Positions 59,198 through 64,000 of a stretch of 64,000 nucleotides of DNA are shown here, in pieces. The translations under genes were made by a program, and so were the position numbers. The notes beneath the pieces were generated by a model. It ran no database searches. It saw only the letters and a list, made by a program, of their open reading frames with translations, and was not told the origin of the DNA. The stretch is from the human T2T-CHM13v2.0 reference genome, Homo sapiens: the NCBI RefSeq assembly GCF_009914755.1, contig NC_060945.1; one strand, 5' to 3'. Numbering within the stretch: position 1 is the first letter of the stretch; every line of letters begins with the position of its first letter.

Positions 59198-59896
59198 GAC
59201 AACTAAAAGTTTTCCCAACTCATGGTAGTTAAGTGTGTCATTTTAACATATAAAAATTCGTGTTTAAACTAGACATTGCTGAAAAAATAATTCACTTTCC
59301 TTGAGAGAAAGAGTGTTGAGCTATGAGTCCAGGCAGCCTTTTTATAAATCTCCTGATTCTATTGAGTAATCAATGAATTGTTCTGAGATAGCCTCATCTT
59401 TGAATTGAACTAATAACATTATCAGTCTCATAAAAGATTTAATAACAATTCATATAAGCAGTAGAGGTCCTAGCATGTAATACATGCCCCCAGAACATTA
59501 GACAATATTATTTATTATTTCTCAGAAGTAGAAATATATATTTAGCTACAGAAAATTTTTCAAACCTGGCTGTTATATACATAATATTTATAACATATAG
59601 ATTTGCTTGAATTTATAGTACTATCTTAAATTATAAATATATTATCTGCATTGAATATTGGTATAGGGATCCAATGATTATAAGGTATATTGTTGTTAAA
59701 TAACATAAATAACATAGAGTACTTTATATTTTCAAAAATTAATGCACTGTTTGTCTTTACAAGGCAAATCTTGACATTCTTTCTCAATTTGGAGAATAAA
59801 AAATTATCAGGCTTTTCAACATTCTTCTACAAGTTAATAAAACAGAAACAAAAGGAGACTTGTGAAAGAATGTCAAATAATTAGAAAAATGTACAA

Positions 59897-59902
59897 TTTA
59901 TT
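59897..59902 (-). terminator. Probable distal CLDN8 polyadenylation signal
   Basis: TTTATT on the plus strand about 1.2 kb downstream of the stop, with T-rich sequence downstream on the transcript strand. Confidence 0.6.
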
Positions 59903-61114
59903 AATATAAATGTATAAAGCAAATAGAACACATTCATTTAAGCTAGACAGACGTCGACACAAACTTTCAAATTGGATTGTCAGTTTCATCAAATTTGGAA
60001 TAAACAGAAAAATACAGTATTTACAGATTTTAGTAAAACTAAACAGAAATGGTACAAGAAGGAAATTTATTTTTCACAGAACAAAAATGACAATTTTGAC
60101 TCAGGTACCCACATAGGAGCAGGTGAAGTTCTCAAAGGACAACTTTTTTTGTTGTTGTTTTTTTGGTAAGCAAATGAAAACCAAGACATATTTTTCTGCT
60201 CTTTTATTTATATTGATGAAACCTCAAAGTCTGTACTCAAATACTTATTAAAATATATCCATACATATATGATTTCTTGTCAAAATGCATCATTCTTCTT
60301 CAAATACAAAAACAAAAATATTTTCACTTTCCTAAAACCATCACTTTTTCTTAGATCACACTTTTATCTTTCTTCTGAGTATAGCCCTGGAAAAGCAGTT
60401 TGAATGCAAAGCCCCTTGACAAAATATCTGCTTTTTAAAAATGTTAATTTAATACACAAGAAAAAAAAAGCCTCTGGGAGAAGAGGATAAAGAAGTTAGG
60501 ATTTCTAACTCCTAGGCTAAAAAACAGCATATCAGAAAGCCATTCAATTTCCTTTACAATGCTGATTAAAGCCTTCATTTTAATCTTCATTATAAATGGA
60601 GGACATTAATCCCTAAGCTGTTTTTAAACAATTAATAGTAACCTTCTTCAACCCTATCCATGATTTCCCTGAAAAGCAATAGTTGAGTTCTATTTATTCA
60701 GTGTAATGGACTGGCATTTCATTTTAAATAAAACCATATAAGCATGTCTCTATGTGAGATATAAATGTTACACTCATCTATGTACATAATGCTATGTCGT
60801 GGAGAAATTACAGTAGTAAAATAATGCAGTCTTTAGCAATGTCATTTTGAAGTAAATGATAAAAAGAGTAGATGCTTGAACCACCTTAGAAAACAAATTA
60901 CTATACTTTCTAGAACAATCAAAGCATTGGGTTTAATATCTCATTCTGCTGAAATAGCTTATAGAATCATAAATAGCTGATGCACAGTTCCTGTAATTAA
61001 GATTAGGCAGTTAAGAACAGTAAATCAAAGTTTCTTTGGGGTCCATTTTGAGAAAGTAATATAGATTTTTGTCATTTGCATGGCTTTATAGTAAAGTTAA
61101 AAAAACATACACAA

Positions 61115-61810
<696 letters not shown>

Positions 61811-61984
61811 TTAGCCAGCTGGACTCCGGAACTGCTACTTCTGCTTTGAAGCAGGGTTCTCTGTGCCACAGAAGAGAACAGTTTTTCCTGTAGTAATGAA
61901 CTCGGAACCCAGTGGTTTTTCAAATAAGAGCTGCTTTGCTACTTCTGGCCAGATAGTATCCAGTGCTGGCTGGCTGAGATGGCC

Positions 61985-62075
61985 CTGCTATTGGCTGCAA
62001 CAGGTAAACTTACAAATCAGGTGTGGCAACTTTCTCAGCCAATAAAAGGTGGATGGTAATCCAGGTGTGTCTAAA
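61985..62075 (-). promoter_or_regulatory. Putative CLDN8 proximal promoter with two oppositely oriented CCAAT boxes
   Basis: TATTGGCTG at 61989-61997 and CAGCCAATA at 62036-62044; the second lies in a block shared with CLDN17. Confidence 0.6.
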
Positions 62076-63111
62076 CCAACACTTGGGTACTTGGAACAGC
62101 TAGACCTGCACATAAACATTCTTTATACTTCTCGGTCTTCCAAGAAGACAGCAGTATGTTTACCTGTAGGCATAGTTATAAGTGGTTGCATAAGCATCAA
62201 GAAATGAGCCGATCCCTTGTAATGTGAAAGGTGCACCTTGTACAGGCAATTCTGAAACTCTTAATAAGAGCTGCTGGGACCAAGGGATAAAATAAATTAT
62301 CTGCCGAAGAATTCTGCAACGCTGTTGAAATGCCAAAGTGAAACGAGAGTAGGGGATTGAAAGATTGCTTTTACCTGGGAAGCCACATTCTTTGGGACAC
62401 ATGTGATCCAAGTGATTGATTTAATTTTTCTACAACTTCAAAGCAAGCTCTACTGTGGTGAAATCAGGGAACAGATCATGCCAGAGGACAAAATAAGCTA
62501 AAGTAATTAAATACACAAGGCTGTCCTTCTCCTTGGCACTGAAAACATATTGGAGTTCTTTAAGCCAGAAAAAATACTCATTGACACTTTTCTGATAATC
62601 TTCACTTATAAAAACATTTTTTGCCAAAATAAAAATCACCAGATGATTATCTTATGTATCCAGCACTATAGCATTAAAATAAGCTTATGAGCTTATTTTG
62701 TGGTGTTATTCTTGCTGCTTTGAATTCCTGGGCTGAAGGAACTAGAATTCTGAAGATGACACAAGACCCTTGGGCCTATACAAATGGCTGATATTTCAAA
62801 ATAAGATATTTACAAGACAAGGGAACTATATTTACCAAACTGTATTATATTAGGTATTAACCAAATATGTTTTCCTACCTTTTAATATTATGTCTGCAGT
62901 AGGACATAGAAACCCCTAAACGCAAGACAATTTGAACTTTCTTCTCAAAATAATGATGCTCTAACAGTAGTGCTATACTAAGCATAAATGTTTATCTGAG
63001 AAAATTCGACTAGCAATTTTCTTCTGGAGATCACCTTAAGCTCTCTGTCTGATCTTTCCAAAGTTTAAGCTGCCACTTCATTTTCTTTTCTTCTTAACAT
63101 CATAAAAAATG

Positions 63112-64000
<889 letters not shown>

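Overview
Human (or closely related hominid) AT-rich genomic DNA from the claudin pair locus, which I recognise as 21q. It holds two single-exon protein-coding genes on the minus strand, CLDN17 (11871-12545) and CLDN8 (61115-61792), about 48.6 kb apart. The rest is mostly interspersed repeats (Alu, L1, L2, MaLR/ERV LTRs, MER5/MER20) and simple repeats. No prokaryotic systems, CRISPR arrays, tRNA or rRNA genes were seen. Best observations: (1) a gapless inverted repeat of about 100 bp upstream of CLDN8, not Alu- or L1-like, that runs to the window edge; (2) a tail-to-tail L1PA pair whose arms share apparently non-consensus substitutions, suggesting gene conversion between them; (3) a CCAAT-centred promoter block shared by CLDN17 and CLDN8; (4) a strong-Kozak uORF upstream of CLDN17; (5) a truncated AluYb8-type insertion with a perfect target-site duplication (TSD); (6) a compound minisatellite of a 25-bp core plus (TA)n. 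Repeat subfamily calls and consensus comparisons are from memory, not from searches.
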